Positions 36,330 to 46,064 are shown, counted from the stretch's first letter. The stretch is DNA of 64,000 nt from Spirochaetales bacterium (GCA_037142615.1 JBAXAI010000002.1:96001-160000); one strand, 5' to 3'. The notes: generated by a model not told the origin, from the letters alone. Numbers and translations are program-made.

Positions 36330-37039
36330 ACCTGCCCGAACCTCGCCTGGCACGGCCCCCGCAAGGCCGTGTGACCACCTGGGTTACCTGGTCGGGCGCG
36401 GCTTTGGCCGTAGCTGGCTGCTACGTTGCCTGGGAATACCTGCTTCCTGCGGTGTGGCAGACCACCTCGGTTGCTTTTTCCCTCGGAGCGCTCTCGGTGG
36501 GCTTTCTGGCCTCGTGCTTCTCGTTTGGCGTGCTTCTCGACGAGGGCCGTGCCGATCCGAAATCGGTCCCAGTGTTGGCCGTGCGCCTGTCACTGGCTCT
36601 GGCTTTCACCGGCTGGATCACCTTTTTCGTCCTCGGTCGCTCCGTACTGGCGCCGTGGTCCGAAAATGTTTGGGTTTTGGTGGGAGCCTTGATTCTGGTG
36701 GGTCTCTACCTCGCAACCCTGCTGATGGGCGGCAAGGTCGATCAGGTGGCTGCCGCCGAAGCCGAAAAACTCGAGAACCTGACCCGCATCCGGGCCAAAG
36801 CCTCGCGCCTTCTCGCAGACCTTCAACTCGAGGGTTCGGCGTCAGCGCGTGAAAAGGCCGCGCGGGTCGTCGACGAACTCCGCTACCTGAGCCCCGCCGA
36901 AGGCACTGCCGCGTGGGAGACCGAAATGGAAATTCTGCAGGCGCTGACCGACCTTCCCGGCAGCCCTGCGTCCGAACAAGAAAAGCACTTCGACCGCCTG
37001 CTGAGCCTGATCAGCAACCGTCGCAAGTTTCTGAACTGA
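36326..37039 (+). CDS. Four-TM membrane protein with a helical C-terminal domain
   Basis: GTGA overlap with the upstream stop. Four hydrophobic helices, then DELRYLSP..RRK. Confidence 0.7.
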   Translation: MNLPEPRLARPPQGRVTTWVTWSGAALAVAGCYVAWEYLLPAVWQTTSVAFSLGALSVGFLASCFSFGVLLDEGRADPKSVPVLAVRLSLALAFTGWITFFVLGRSVLAPWSENVWVLVGALILVGLYLATLLMGGKVDQVAAAEAEKLENLTRIRAKASRLLADLQLEGSASAREKAARVVDELRYLSPAEGTAAWETEMEILQALTDLPGSPASEQEKHFDRLLSLISNRRKFLN

Positions 37040-37064
37040 ACCGATCTGACCACCACAGGGGGAC

Positions 37065-39194
37065 ATGATGAAGGGAAAGGTATTTCCGGGCTCGACGAGC
37101 CTGCACGAGGACAAGGCGCGGTTGCTCTTCGATTACTTCAAGGGGGCGGCACAACGTATTGTCACCCAAGAGCTTGAGTTCGAAGCAAGGATCGACGAAC
37201 AGCGGCGCGAGGTCGTCCGCCTTAAGGAAAAGGGCCGGAAAGATTTGCTGCTCAAGGGCTTGGTCGGCGGACTCGTCGGCTTGCTGATTCTTGGCTACGG
37301 TCTCTACGACCTGATCGCAAATGGTGGGGCGTTTGTGATTTCGCTGGTCGGGTTTGTCGTTGGCCTGGTGGCTGGCTTGTTGGTCTTCCTCGACAAGCGC
37401 AAGGAAACCGCCGGCATAACGCTCGCCGAAACCAAGATTGCGACTTTCGAAGAGGAACACCGGAACATTCGGCGCGACTTCAAAGTCCACCGGGTGGGCA
37501 CCGTCTACGTGCCAGTGGCCACGCGGGTACCCTTCCGGGGGCGCAGTTTCCTCCTCGATCATACCCGTCAGGTTCCGACGCAGAACTTCACCCTCGCCGA
37601 GATTCGCGACGTCGAGGAACTGAAGCAAGCCGTTTCGTCCATGGATTCCCTGCTCGAGGCCATTCCCGCTGTCGATGGCGGGACCGACAGTGAGACCATC
37701 GATACCAACGGCCTGTCGCGCTCGATTCCGAAGATCACCATGAACGAATGGTCGGCTTCGCTCGACAGGCAACTTCGCAAGATCAACTACCTATTTCAGG
37801 ACCTCATCCAGACGTCGATCGACATTCCCATCATCGCGCCCGACAGCGAATATGCCCGCTTCCTCGAAGAGTATGCAGCCGACGCCCGGGTGCCATCGCT
37901 CGAACTCAAGGTTTTTCCGACCGAGAACCTCGAATCGGCCCTTCAGGGCTTTCAAAAGCTGGCTGACCTTTCAGACTCCAAGACCACAGGTAACGAACGG
38001 GGCGTCGAGGACTTCTGCCGCAGCATCATGAAGAAGTCTTCGAACACTCTGCAACTGCTTTCGCAAACGCGGGCCAAGTCGCTGCAGACGCTCAACCTCA
38101 TCACCGAGGGCTTCTTTTCCTCGGTGGCCAAGGCGTCGTTCAACTACTACAACCCGGTGGCCGAGGCCGAGAGCATCGACCGCATCCGCCAGGAAACCTT
38201 CAACTTGGAAGACAGCGCCGAGAACTATGAAAACCTCGAGCTGAAAAAGAGCTCGAAGATGAGCTACGACCCCATTTCGGACAACTGGGTGGCTGAAGAC
38301 GGTTCCCGCTCGTCGTTCCCTTTTGGCATGAGCCAGGTGTTCGAAGAGGTGTTCGTCCCGATGATCACCAACCTGATGCAGGAAAACCGGCTTGAGCGCC
38401 TCAAGATCTACAACGCGATCAAGGATCAAAAGACCGACTACCTCAACCAATGGCATCGCGACACCGACACGTTCTACGCCAGCAATCGCGCCGAAATCAA
38501 CGAGATCTTCAACCGCATCCGCACGATCAGTTCTGACTTCATGAGCGATCTGAACACGTTCAAGGCCTACGCCGAGACGCTGAAGAATATGCGCCGCGGC
38601 CAGAGTTCGGCCGACGTTTCCGACGAGCTGAAAATGGGCGTAGAGGAACTTGCCGCCTTTGAGGCCCAGGCTCAGGTCAGCCAAGCTTTCCTTGCCCAGT
38701 TTGGCGAGACCCTCGATAACATCAAGGACGAGATCAACACGCTCGCCCACGAGTTCGAACACATCGAGTTTTTCGAGGCGTCGCTGCGTGACGGCGAAGC
38801 TCGTGACTACGCGCTGGCCATGGGCCGAACCGACTACGACGAACGCCAAAAGAAGCTGCTCGCGCTGGGGCCGCAGATCGCGTCGGGAGGCAACCTGCCC
38901 CCGGTGCCACAGGTTTCCGACCAAGTGGAGCGCGATTTGCTCATCAATCTCGACGCTGTGTTTGAAAATACGCTCCAGCAGATCCTCGAGAGTGAACGCA
39001 CTTTAACCGAGAAGGCCGCTGCCAAGGTTGCCGACGAGCCTGCACCCGCGCCCCAGCCCGAACCAACGCCTGAACCCGAAGCAACGGCTCCCCCAAGCGC
39101 CGAACCCGGGCCCGAAGAGGAAGACGAGGACGACGAGGACGACGAGGAAGACGAGGAAGACGAGGAAGACGACAGCGGAAAAGGAAAACGCTGA
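37065..39194 (+). CDS. Two-TM coiled-coil protein with a Pro-rich and acidic C-terminal tail
   Basis: 709-aa ORF with two TMs near the N-terminus and helical heptads. Operonic position. Confidence 0.75.
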   Translation: MMKGKVFPGSTSLHEDKARLLFDYFKGAAQRIVTQELEFEARIDEQRREVVRLKEKGRKDLLLKGLVGGLVGLLILGYGLYDLIANGGAFVISLVGFVVGLVAGLLVFLDKRKETAGITLAETKIATFEEEHRNIRRDFKVHRVGTVYVPVATRVPFRGRSFLLDHTRQVPTQNFTLAEIRDVEELKQAVSSMDSLLEAIPAVDGGTDSETIDTNGLSRSIPKITMNEWSASLDRQLRKINYLFQDLIQTSIDIPIIAPDSEYARFLEEYAADARVPSLELKVFPTENLESALQGFQKLADLSDSKTTGNERGVEDFCRSIMKKSSNTLQLLSQTRAKSLQTLNLITEGFFSSVAKASFNYYNPVAEAESIDRIRQETFNLEDSAENYENLELKKSSKMSYDPISDNWVAEDGSRSSFPFGMSQVFEEVFVPMITNLMQENRLERLKIYNAIKDQKTDYLNQWHRDTDTFYASNRAEINEIFNRIRTISSDFMSDLNTFKAYAETLKNMRRGQSSADVSDELKMGVEELAAFEAQAQVSQAFLAQFGETLDNIKDEINTLAHEFEHIEFFEASLRDGEARDYALAMGRTDYDERQKKLLALGPQIASGGNLPPVPQVSDQVERDLLINLDAVFENTLQQILESERTLTEKAAAKVADEPAPAPQPEPTPEPEATAPPSAEPGPEEEDEDDEDDEEDEEDEEDDSGKGKR
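39114..39173 (+). repeat. Low-complexity 9-bp-period repeat (GACGAGGA[C/A]) encoding a poly-Asp/Glu tract
   Basis: Encodes EEEDEDDEDDEEDEEDEEDD. Confidence 0.8.
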
Positions 39195-40132
39195 TGGCAC
39201 GCTACGACTTTCTCGTTGACACCACCCCGATGGGCCACTCGTTGTCGACCTTGGCCGAAGGCGTGCGCACCACCAGCGTGACCGTGCTTTCGTCGGCCGA
39301 GGCCATCGCCTTGGCTGAAGCCGAGGCAGCGAAGAAGATCAGCTACCACGTGAGCGAAGGCTTCTTCAACCTCGTGGTCAGTCAGCTCAACCAGAAGATG
39401 GCACGGCTTCGCAGTTCGCTTCAGGCCAAGGATGCTCAACTGCTCGCCGAACGCAAAACGGCCGATCTCCTGCGGTTGCAGTTTCTCCGCGACTTCCAGA
39501 TGATCAAGAGGCGCTATCACAAGCTTTTCAACACCCTGAACAAGTCGCTCAAGCTACGGGTGTATGAACTCGACAAACCTCTGACGTCGGTGCTCGTCGG
39601 AGGCTTTCAGGCCAACATCAAGCAGCGCAATCAGAACCTGGCGATTCCCGCACTTCTGACCACCGAAGGTCAGTCGGCCGGGCAGGGTATGGAAATCGGC
39701 CGCACCAAACAACAGGCTCTACGGCTGATCGAGGCCATTCGGGCCTACCTTATGAAGACTTTCGAGGTTCAGGCCCACATCAACGCCATGCTCACCGACG
39801 ACCTGGCCGACGATCGGATCGACATCCTTTTGCCTTCGTTGATGTTCGAGTTTGATTCGCAGGCAGTGGGCATCCGCGGTACCCAGTTCCAGTTCGCCGG
39901 TGCCCCTGGCGAGTCGCAGGGACTCTACCATGACGTCGTTCAGGCCGTGAGCGGCGTTGAAATTGCCGAAGAAGCCTGGGAGCCGGTCGAGGTGACGGAA
40001 CGCGACCGCGTCGTCGCGGAGTTCCAGAAACTGCTCGATGCCTCGTCGCTCTCCGTTCGTGAAAAGGCCGAGGCTAGCCGCCTGATGGCCTCTCAGGAGT
40101 CGTGGTTCGAGGTGCGTGGAGAGCAAGCATGA
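39194..40132 (+). CDS. Alpha-helical hypothetical protein (paralog of 40129-41166)
   Basis: TGATG overlap with the upstream stop. Shares VDT.P, KIS, QF..D...IK.RY..LF and RV..(L/I)D.P with the next gene. Confidence 0.75.
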   Translation: MARYDFLVDTTPMGHSLSTLAEGVRTTSVTVLSSAEAIALAEAEAAKKISYHVSEGFFNLVVSQLNQKMARLRSSLQAKDAQLLAERKTADLLRLQFLRDFQMIKRRYHKLFNTLNKSLKLRVYELDKPLTSVLVGGFQANIKQRNQNLAIPALLTTEGQSAGQGMEIGRTKQQALRLIEAIRAYLMKTFEVQAHINAMLTDDLADDRIDILLPSLMFEFDSQAVGIRGTQFQFAGAPGESQGLYHDVVQAVSGVEIAEEAWEPVEVTERDRVVAEFQKLLDASSLSVREKAEASRLMASQESWFEVRGEQA

Positions 40133-41166
40133 GCTATACACGACACTTTCAGGCTTCGATCACCGTCAGTGGCTCGAAGACCGTCAGCTACCCCAAGAGT
40201 GAGTCCGGCGGGTCGATGACTGTCAACTACTCCGAAACCGAACCCCTCGATTTCTACATCGAGGTCGACACCAACCCCGTGGACCATGGAGTATCTGAAA
40301 TGCACGGCCAAATCGCTGGCCTCAACGCGGCAGTCGTCGCCGGTGCCCAACAGCAGATCCGCGAGAAGCGCGCGGGAGCCGACAAGATTTCTACCACCGT
40401 GATCACTGAGTTCAGCAACTACATCACCGGTGACATCAAGCAGGAAATGGCCTCGCTCAAGAGCGCCATCGCCTCGCGCCAAGCACTGCTGCATGCCGAG
40501 GGCCAAGCGGCGGGTGCACGACACCAGCAGTTTATCGGCGACTACCGACGCATCAAAGAGCGGTACGCCACGCTGTTCCACAACCTCGACAAGGAGCTTG
40601 AACGGCGAGTCCGCGCCATTGACGAGCCGGTGTTCCGGCTGGTTCAAGATTCGTTCCTGCAGGGCATCAAAAATCGCTCGGGCACGGCCCTCCGGTCCTC
40701 GCTTCTGGGAGTATCCGAAAGCGGCGCCGCCCGCCAGGCGCTCGAAAACACCGGCGTCAAGCGTCGGAATCTGCAATTGCTGCAGTTGGCCGGCGAGTTC
40801 CTGCTCGGACAAAAGGAACTGGAGCACCGTATCGCGGCCATCTTGACTCCTGACGAGTGCGAAGACGCGACGGTTTTGTCGGTGCCGGTGGTCCTGCTCG
40901 AGACCGAGGACAGCACCGGCCGAAAGTCCCACGAGCGCCACGCCGCCGATTCTCCCCCGCTCGAAACCGGTCAGGCCGCCTGGGATTTAGCCGACTGGGG
41001 CACGATGTCCGAGACGGCCCGCGAGTCGCTCGACAAGGCCTTCTTGGAACTGGTGGGCGAAGACTCCGCCCATCTCAGCGAGCGCGAACTGGGACTCATT
41101 CAGCAATTGTGGTCGGATTGCCGGCCACTCACCAACGACGAGAGAGGAACCACATGGACAAACTGA
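40129..41166 (+). CDS. Alpha-helical hypothetical protein with a beta-rich N-terminal extension (paralog of 39194-40132)
   Basis: ATGA overlap. Shares the motifs listed for the previous gene. Confidence 0.75.
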   Translation: MSYTRHFQASITVSGSKTVSYPKSESGGSMTVNYSETEPLDFYIEVDTNPVDHGVSEMHGQIAGLNAAVVAGAQQQIREKRAGADKISTTVITEFSNYITGDIKQEMASLKSAIASRQALLHAEGQAAGARHQQFIGDYRRIKERYATLFHNLDKELERRVRAIDEPVFRLVQDSFLQGIKNRSGTALRSSLLGVSESGAARQALENTGVKRRNLQLLQLAGEFLLGQKELEHRIAAILTPDECEDATVLSVPVVLLETEDSTGRKSHERHAADSPPLETGQAAWDLADWGTMSETARESLDKAFLELVGEDSAHLSERELGLIQQLWSDCRPLTNDERGTTWTN

Positions 41167-42113
41167 AGACGGTCAGCTTCAACGACCAAAAAATCGTTCT
41201 CAAGAACAATCTTGTCGAGTCAGACATTCTCCCCGGGGCAATGAAAGACCTCGGCCGCGACATCACCGTGGACGGCGAAACTGTTGTCCAAGGCGCCATC
41301 TTCGCGCGCAATCTTCAAGTGAACCACGGACCGCTCAAGGTCGAGGGGGCCGTTTTCGTCAACAAGGAATTGCACGTCAATACCGACTGCACTGGGACCT
41401 TGACGTTTCGCAAGGCCGTGGGTTCCAGCGAGGCTATCAGTTGTCTTTTGGCCAAATCGAGGGCCTATTTCCTGAGCGATGTCAGCGGAAAGAAAATCAC
41501 ACTTCGCAATTGTTTTGTCTCGGGAAGCGTCCTCGCCGACGAGATTGATCTCGAGAATTGTGTTGTCGCAGGCGGGGCTTTTGCCACCAAAAAGCTCTCG
41601 CTCAAAAACTGCGTGCTGGGAACGTTCAACGCCACCTCGGTTCTGGTGACCGGCGTGAACTACCTGCTTATGCCCAGCGCGTTCAGCGTCGAGGCCTTGG
41701 TGAACAGCGGCAAGGCTGAGTTCTGGAACCTTACCACACTCGACTTGTCGGCGCTGGTTTTCGGCCAGGCCAACCCCGAAGGGTCGGGAAAGGTGGCCAT
41801 GAACTTCGAGAGCGACAGCCTTCCTATCAGCCTTTTCGATGCACAAGACAACAAGACCATGGTCCGCTCGTTCTCGATCGCGGGGAAAGTGATGATGGCC
41901 GATGTGTTGAAGCTCGAAGACCTCGAGAACCACTTCATCCTTCGGTCGGCAACGTTGGCAGGTCATCTGGAGAAAACCTACCGCACCAGCGTAGGCGAAC
42001 TCGACCCGGTCAAAATCGCTGACAGCCTGTTTACTCTCCTTGAAGGAAAGGCACTGATACCCGAGGTGAAGCGAACTGTCAGTCTCGACGACCTGCGGGC
42101 CCTGTCAGTCTGA
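41154..42113 (+). CDS. Beta-helix (bactofilin/polymer-forming-like) hypothetical protein
   Basis: GAGGA RBS. Repeats such as ITVDGETVVQGAIFA, LKVEGAVFV, ITLRNCFVSGSVLA and IDLENCVVAGGAFA. Confidence 0.65.
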   Translation: MDKLKTVSFNDQKIVLKNNLVESDILPGAMKDLGRDITVDGETVVQGAIFARNLQVNHGPLKVEGAVFVNKELHVNTDCTGTLTFRKAVGSSEAISCLLAKSRAYFLSDVSGKKITLRNCFVSGSVLADEIDLENCVVAGGAFATKKLSLKNCVLGTFNATSVLVTGVNYLLMPSAFSVEALVNSGKAEFWNLTTLDLSALVFGQANPEGSGKVAMNFESDSLPISLFDAQDNKTMVRSFSIAGKVMMADVLKLEDLENHFILRSATLAGHLEKTYRTSVGELDPVKIADSLFTLLEGKALIPEVKRTVSLDDLRALSV

Positions 42114-42576
42114 GAACTGCCAAGCCAGCTTCGAGCCGCTCTCGGGCCTCCGCCTTGCGGTCGCTCGCGAGTTGCTCGAACACATCGATCAACTCGTCGA
42201 GCGCACGCTCGATCTCGGAGCTGGTATTTCCCGCCGCCAACGCCCCTTGCAAGGCTGCGGTCAGGGCCTCGGCGTAGCGGAGCTGAAAGTCGGTCTCGGA
42301 GCCCGGGGACGCCTGAGCCCAAAGCAGGTTCAGTTGCTCGAGCCGCTGGCGAAAGGCACCCGAAGGAAACTCGCTGATCAGTCGCTGGTAGTCGCGAAGG
42401 TCTGGCGCTTCGGCAGGCCTTGTGGCCCCGGGTCGCAACCCCCGGTTCACCAGAAGCCCCAGCGCGGCGCCCGCTGGCAGAGCCAGCCAGGAGCTTAGTC
42501 CCAGAAAAAGGCCTAGCAAGGCCGCGCCCCCCAGGCCGACGACAAACGCGATGATGATCCGGTCCGACGCTTTCAT
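42079..42576 (-). CDS. Membrane-anchored XpaC-like (5-bromo-4-chloroindolyl phosphate hydrolysis family-like) protein
   Basis: Two N-terminal TMs. C-terminal EIERALDELIDVFEQL..LEAGLAVL resembles the XpaC C-terminus. Confidence 0.45.
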   Translation of the reverse strand: MKASDRIIIAFVVGLGGAALLGLFLGLSSWLALPAGAALGLLVNRGLRPGATRPAEAPDLRDYQRLISEFPSGAFRQRLEQLNLLWAQASPGSETDFQLRYAEALTAALQGALAAGNTSSEIERALDELIDVFEQLASDRKAEARERLEAGLAVLRLTGPAGRRD

Positions 42577-42707
42577 CACCCTATTGTAAGTTCAATCGCA
42601 ACTGTGTCCAAGGGCTGGGTGCGCCCCGTCAGTTCGACCCCGTCTACCGGCAGTTCACCACGAACAATCCCTGAATCTGCCCAAAATGGGCATCGTGTCC
42701 GCAGCGT

Positions 42708-43541
42708 CTACTTCTTTTTAGGCGCCTTTGCCGGGACGAGCGCCGCACGCAGCGCCTCCGCGTTGCGGGCATGGAACTCAAGCAGAAGCTGCTGAACGTC
42801 GCTGAACCATTTCTTCTGGACAGTGCACGCGGGGACCCCGAGATAGCGGAAGTGCCAGGGCTCATATTGGTAACCGGTGACCGCCTCCCCTCCGTTGGGG
42901 TAACTCATCGACAGCCCGTACTCCCCGGCGTGTTCGGCCATCCACTTGCCTTCGGGCGTGTCGGCAAACTCGGGCGTGATGCTGCCAAAGTCGACCACGG
43001 TGCCCAACTGATGTTGGCTGTGGCCAGCCCGGGCCGAGTACCGGTCGGCGGTCGCCACGCCGTCCTTTTGCACGTACGAAGTAAACAGGTCACGCTGGTA
43101 GATCCAGCTGCGGTACGCCGACGAGAACACCAGGTTGAGTCCGGCTTTTTTGGCGGCCTTGCTCAGAGTTTGCAGGGCGGGCACGTAGGCCTTGCGGAAC
43201 TTCAGGTCGCTGCGGTTCAGCGGAAGGCTGTAGTTCTTGAGCAGCACCAGGTCTTTTGGCTCGTAGTCGTTGGCAAGCGAGGTCTTTTTATCGACGAGAA
43301 CCAGTTGGTCGGCGGGCGCGGTGAGCAGGGGAAGGTAGTCCTTCAGGAACCCGGCCGGGTCCGCCAGGATGGTGGCGCGAGCGGGCTCGGGTACGGCCTC
43401 GACCAAGGGGGCAAAGGTCGTCACTGTGAAGGTAAACAGCGGTGACACAAGAGGTTGTGCCGTTGCAGCAGCCGGAAGGGCAGCCAGGACCCCGAACAAG
43501 ACGGCGGCCGGCAGAACGGAACCACCAACGCGACGCCTCAC
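42708..43541 (-). CDS. D-alanyl-D-alanine carboxypeptidase, peptidase M15B (VanY-like)
   Basis: Signal peptide. SAYRS, SARAGHSQHQLGTVVD and EPWHFRY motifs. Confidence 0.9.
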   Translation of the reverse strand: MRRRVGGSVLPAAVLFGVLAALPAAATAQPLVSPLFTFTVTTFAPLVEAVPEPARATILADPAGFLKDYLPLLTAPADQLVLVDKKTSLANDYEPKDLVLLKNYSLPLNRSDLKFRKAYVPALQTLSKAAKKAGLNLVFSSAYRSWIYQRDLFTSYVQKDGVATADRYSARAGHSQHQLGTVVDFGSITPEFADTPEGKWMAEHAGEYGLSMSYPNGGEAVTGYQYEPWHFRYLGVPACTVQKKWFSDVQQLLLEFHARNAEALRAALVPAKAPKKK

Positions 43542-45979
43542 TCCCAGTCCGCCTTGGGGGCCTTCAGGGGCCGGGGAGGGCGTGGTGGCAATTTGCGCTC
43601 ACCGGGTTTGAGCCCGAGCAGAATCTCGATCACCGAGTCCATGCGGTCGACCAGGTGGAACTCGAGCCCCTTGCGGATGTAGGCGGGAATCTCTTCCCAG
43701 TCCTTGAGGTTGCTTTGGGGGAAGATGACGGTCTTGATGCCGGTTCGACGCGCCGCGATCACCTTTTCTTTGAGGCCGCCGATGGGCATCACCTTGCCGG
43801 TCAGGCTCAGCTCGCCGGTCATCGCGTGGCTCTTCTTCACTACCTTGCCGATGGCCAAGCTGGTGAGCGCGGCCGCCATGGTCACACCGGCGCTCGGGCC
43901 GTCTTTGGGCGTGGCACCCTCGGGGATGTGCAGGTGCACCAAGTACTTATCAAAGAAGCTCTCGGGAATGCCGTAGTCGGCCGTGTGGCTGTGAACCCAC
44001 GTGTAGGCAATCTGCGCGCTCTCTTTCATGACCTCGCCCATGCGGCCGGTGAGCTTGATGCCGCCTTTGCCTTCGGTTCTCACGGCCTCGATGACCAGCA
44101 CAGCGCCGCCCATGTTGGTCCACGCGAGGCCCAGCACCATGCCCGGAAGCACGGGCGGCAGGTCTTCTTCCTCGGGAAAGTAGGGTTTTCCCAAGAAGGC
44201 GTTCAGGTCGGCGGTATCGACAGGGAAAGGCGGCTCAAGGCCTTCGACCACCACCTTGAGCGCCAGCTTGCGGTGGATCTTGTCGAGCGACTTTTCGTAG
44301 TTGCGCATGCCCGACTCGCGGGCGTAGCGGCGGCCGATCTCGGCCAGCGCTTTCTTGGTGTACTTGACGCTTCCCTTGGGCAAACCAGCGGCAGCGGCGC
44401 TCTTGGGCACGAGGTACTTTTGCGCGATGGCGACCTTTTCCTCTTCGATGTAGCCCGACAGCCTTATGACCTCCATGCGGTCCAACAGGGGCTTGGGGAT
44501 GCTGTCGAGGCTGTTGGCCGTGCAGATGAACAGGATCTGCCCCAAGTCGAAAGGAAGGTCGAGGTAGTGGTCGCGAAAGGCGACATTTTGTTCCGGGTCA
44601 AGGACTTCCAACAGCGCGCTGGAGGGGTCTCCCTGGTAGCTGGTGCCGAGTTTGTCGATCTCGTCGATCATGAACACCGGATTTTTTTTGCCGGCAATCT
44701 TGAGTCCCTGAAGCACCTTGCCCGGCATGGCGCCCACGTAGGTGCGCCGGTGCCCCTTGATTTCGGCCTCGTCGCGCATGCCTCCTACCGAAAAGCGAAA
44801 GAACGGACGTCCAAGGGCCTTGGCAATGCTCTTTCCGATGCTGGTTTTGCCAACGCCGGGAGGGCCCATGAGCAGCACAATGCTTCCCTTGTTGTCGTGC
44901 TTGAGCTTGCGCACCGCCAGAAACTCGAGCACCCGCCCCTTGACGTCTTCGAGCCCATAGTGGTCGGCCTCGAGGATTTTTTTGGCACGGGCCATGTCGA
45001 TCTCGTCGGTCTTCTCGTCGTTCCAGGGTAAGGCGCAGATCGTCTCGAGGTAGTTGCGGGTCACGAAGAACTCGCTGCTGTTGGGGTCCATTTGAGCGAA
45101 CTTTTCGAGCTCGGTTGCCGTGGACTCGCGGGTTTCACCGGTGAGATGGTAGCTGTCGATTTTTTCGCGGAACCGGGCCAGATCCTGGCTCTTGGGATCG
45201 GTGGTGATGCCGAGCTCTTTCTGGATGGCCTTGAGCTCCTCGCGAAGGAAAAACTCGCGCTGGTTCTTTTCAATCTTCTCGTTGATCTGTTTGCTGATGC
45301 GCTTCTGGATGCGCAGCAGTTCCTGCTCCTTCTTGATATGGACGAGCACCTGCTGCATCCGCTCGCGCAGGTCGATGGTTTCGAGCAGTTTCTGCTGGCC
45401 CTCGCGGGGAATGTTCATGATGCTGGCCACAAAGTCGGCGAGCTTGCCGGGTTGGTCGATGTTGACCATGTTGAGCCGCACTTCCTCGCTGAACAGGGGG
45501 TTGTTCTCGCTGAGGGTTTTCATCTCGCTGAAAATACTCCGGGTGAGGGCCTTGATTTCCTGGGCGCTGGCGGTGCCGGTGTCGTCGTCCAGGTATTCGA
45601 CGGCGGCCGTCCGCCAGGGGCTGTCGGACAACATCTTCTTCACCTCAAAGCGTTTGATGGTGCTGACGAAGATGCTGAGCCCACCATCGGGCAGGTGGAT
45701 CTTCTTGAGGATCTTGGCCGCCGTGCCCACCTTGAAAAAGCGGTCGGCCGAGGGCGGGGCGTCGTCTTCCGACTCCTCGATGAGCAGCAACAGTCCGATC
45801 ACCTTGGTGGTGGCCATCGCGTCTTCAATCACGGCGACGTCGTCTTTGTCGGTGATCATCAGCGGGGTGAAAATACCCGGAAAAATGGGACGGCTTTCGA
45901 GCGGAATGAGCGAGATCTTGCTGGGAAGCACCTTATCGGCCGGTACTGGCAGGGGAGGGTCAAGGAGAGGGTCAGACAT
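43538..45979 (-). CDS. lon: ATP-dependent Lon protease
   Basis: LON N-domain, GPPGVGKTS, IKGHRRTYVGAMPG, DEIDK and PKDGPSAG catalytic Ser. Start at MSDPLLD. Confidence 0.96.
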   Translation of the reverse strand: MSDPLLDPPLPVPADKVLPSKISLIPLESRPIFPGIFTPLMITDKDDVAVIEDAMATTKVIGLLLLIEESEDDAPPSADRFFKVGTAAKILKKIHLPDGGLSIFVSTIKRFEVKKMLSDSPWRTAAVEYLDDDTGTASAQEIKALTRSIFSEMKTLSENNPLFSEEVRLNMVNIDQPGKLADFVASIMNIPREGQQKLLETIDLRERMQQVLVHIKKEQELLRIQKRISKQINEKIEKNQREFFLREELKAIQKELGITTDPKSQDLARFREKIDSYHLTGETRESTATELEKFAQMDPNSSEFFVTRNYLETICALPWNDEKTDEIDMARAKKILEADHYGLEDVKGRVLEFLAVRKLKHDNKGSIVLLMGPPGVGKTSIGKSIAKALGRPFFRFSVGGMRDEAEIKGHRRTYVGAMPGKVLQGLKIAGKKNPVFMIDEIDKLGTSYQGDPSSALLEVLDPEQNVAFRDHYLDLPFDLGQILFICTANSLDSIPKPLLDRMEVIRLSGYIEEEKVAIAQKYLVPKSAAAAGLPKGSVKYTKKALAEIGRRYARESGMRNYEKSLDKIHRKLALKVVVEGLEPPFPVDTADLNAFLGKPYFPEEEDLPPVLPGMVLGLAWTNMGGAVLVIEAVRTEGKGGIKLTGRMGEVMKESAQIAYTWVHSHTADYGIPESFFDKYLVHLHIPEGATPKDGPSAGVTMAAALTSLAIGKVVKKSHAMTGELSLTGKVMPIGGLKEKVIAARRTGIKTVIFPQSNLKDWEEIPAYIRKGLEFHLVDRMDSVIEILLGLKPGERKLPPRPPRPLKAPKADWE

Positions 45980-45986
45980 ACGGGTG

Positions 45987-46015
45987 AATTTAGGGATTTT
46001 GGAGCCCCTTGGCAA
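45987..46015 (-). promoter_or_regulatory. Putative leaderless promoter of lon
   Basis: TTGCCA, 17 nt, TAAATT, 7 nt, ATG (45979). Confidence 0.55.
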
Positions 46016-46064
46016 TGGGCTCCGCGTTCTGTGCAGAAGCTCGGGCTTCTGGTATTGTGGCCCC

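Noticed and set aside
42580-42707. Intergenic 128 bp as a possible ncRNA
   Set aside because: It contains the promoter of the downstream minus-strand gene; no convincing stable structure or known RNA motif was recognised.
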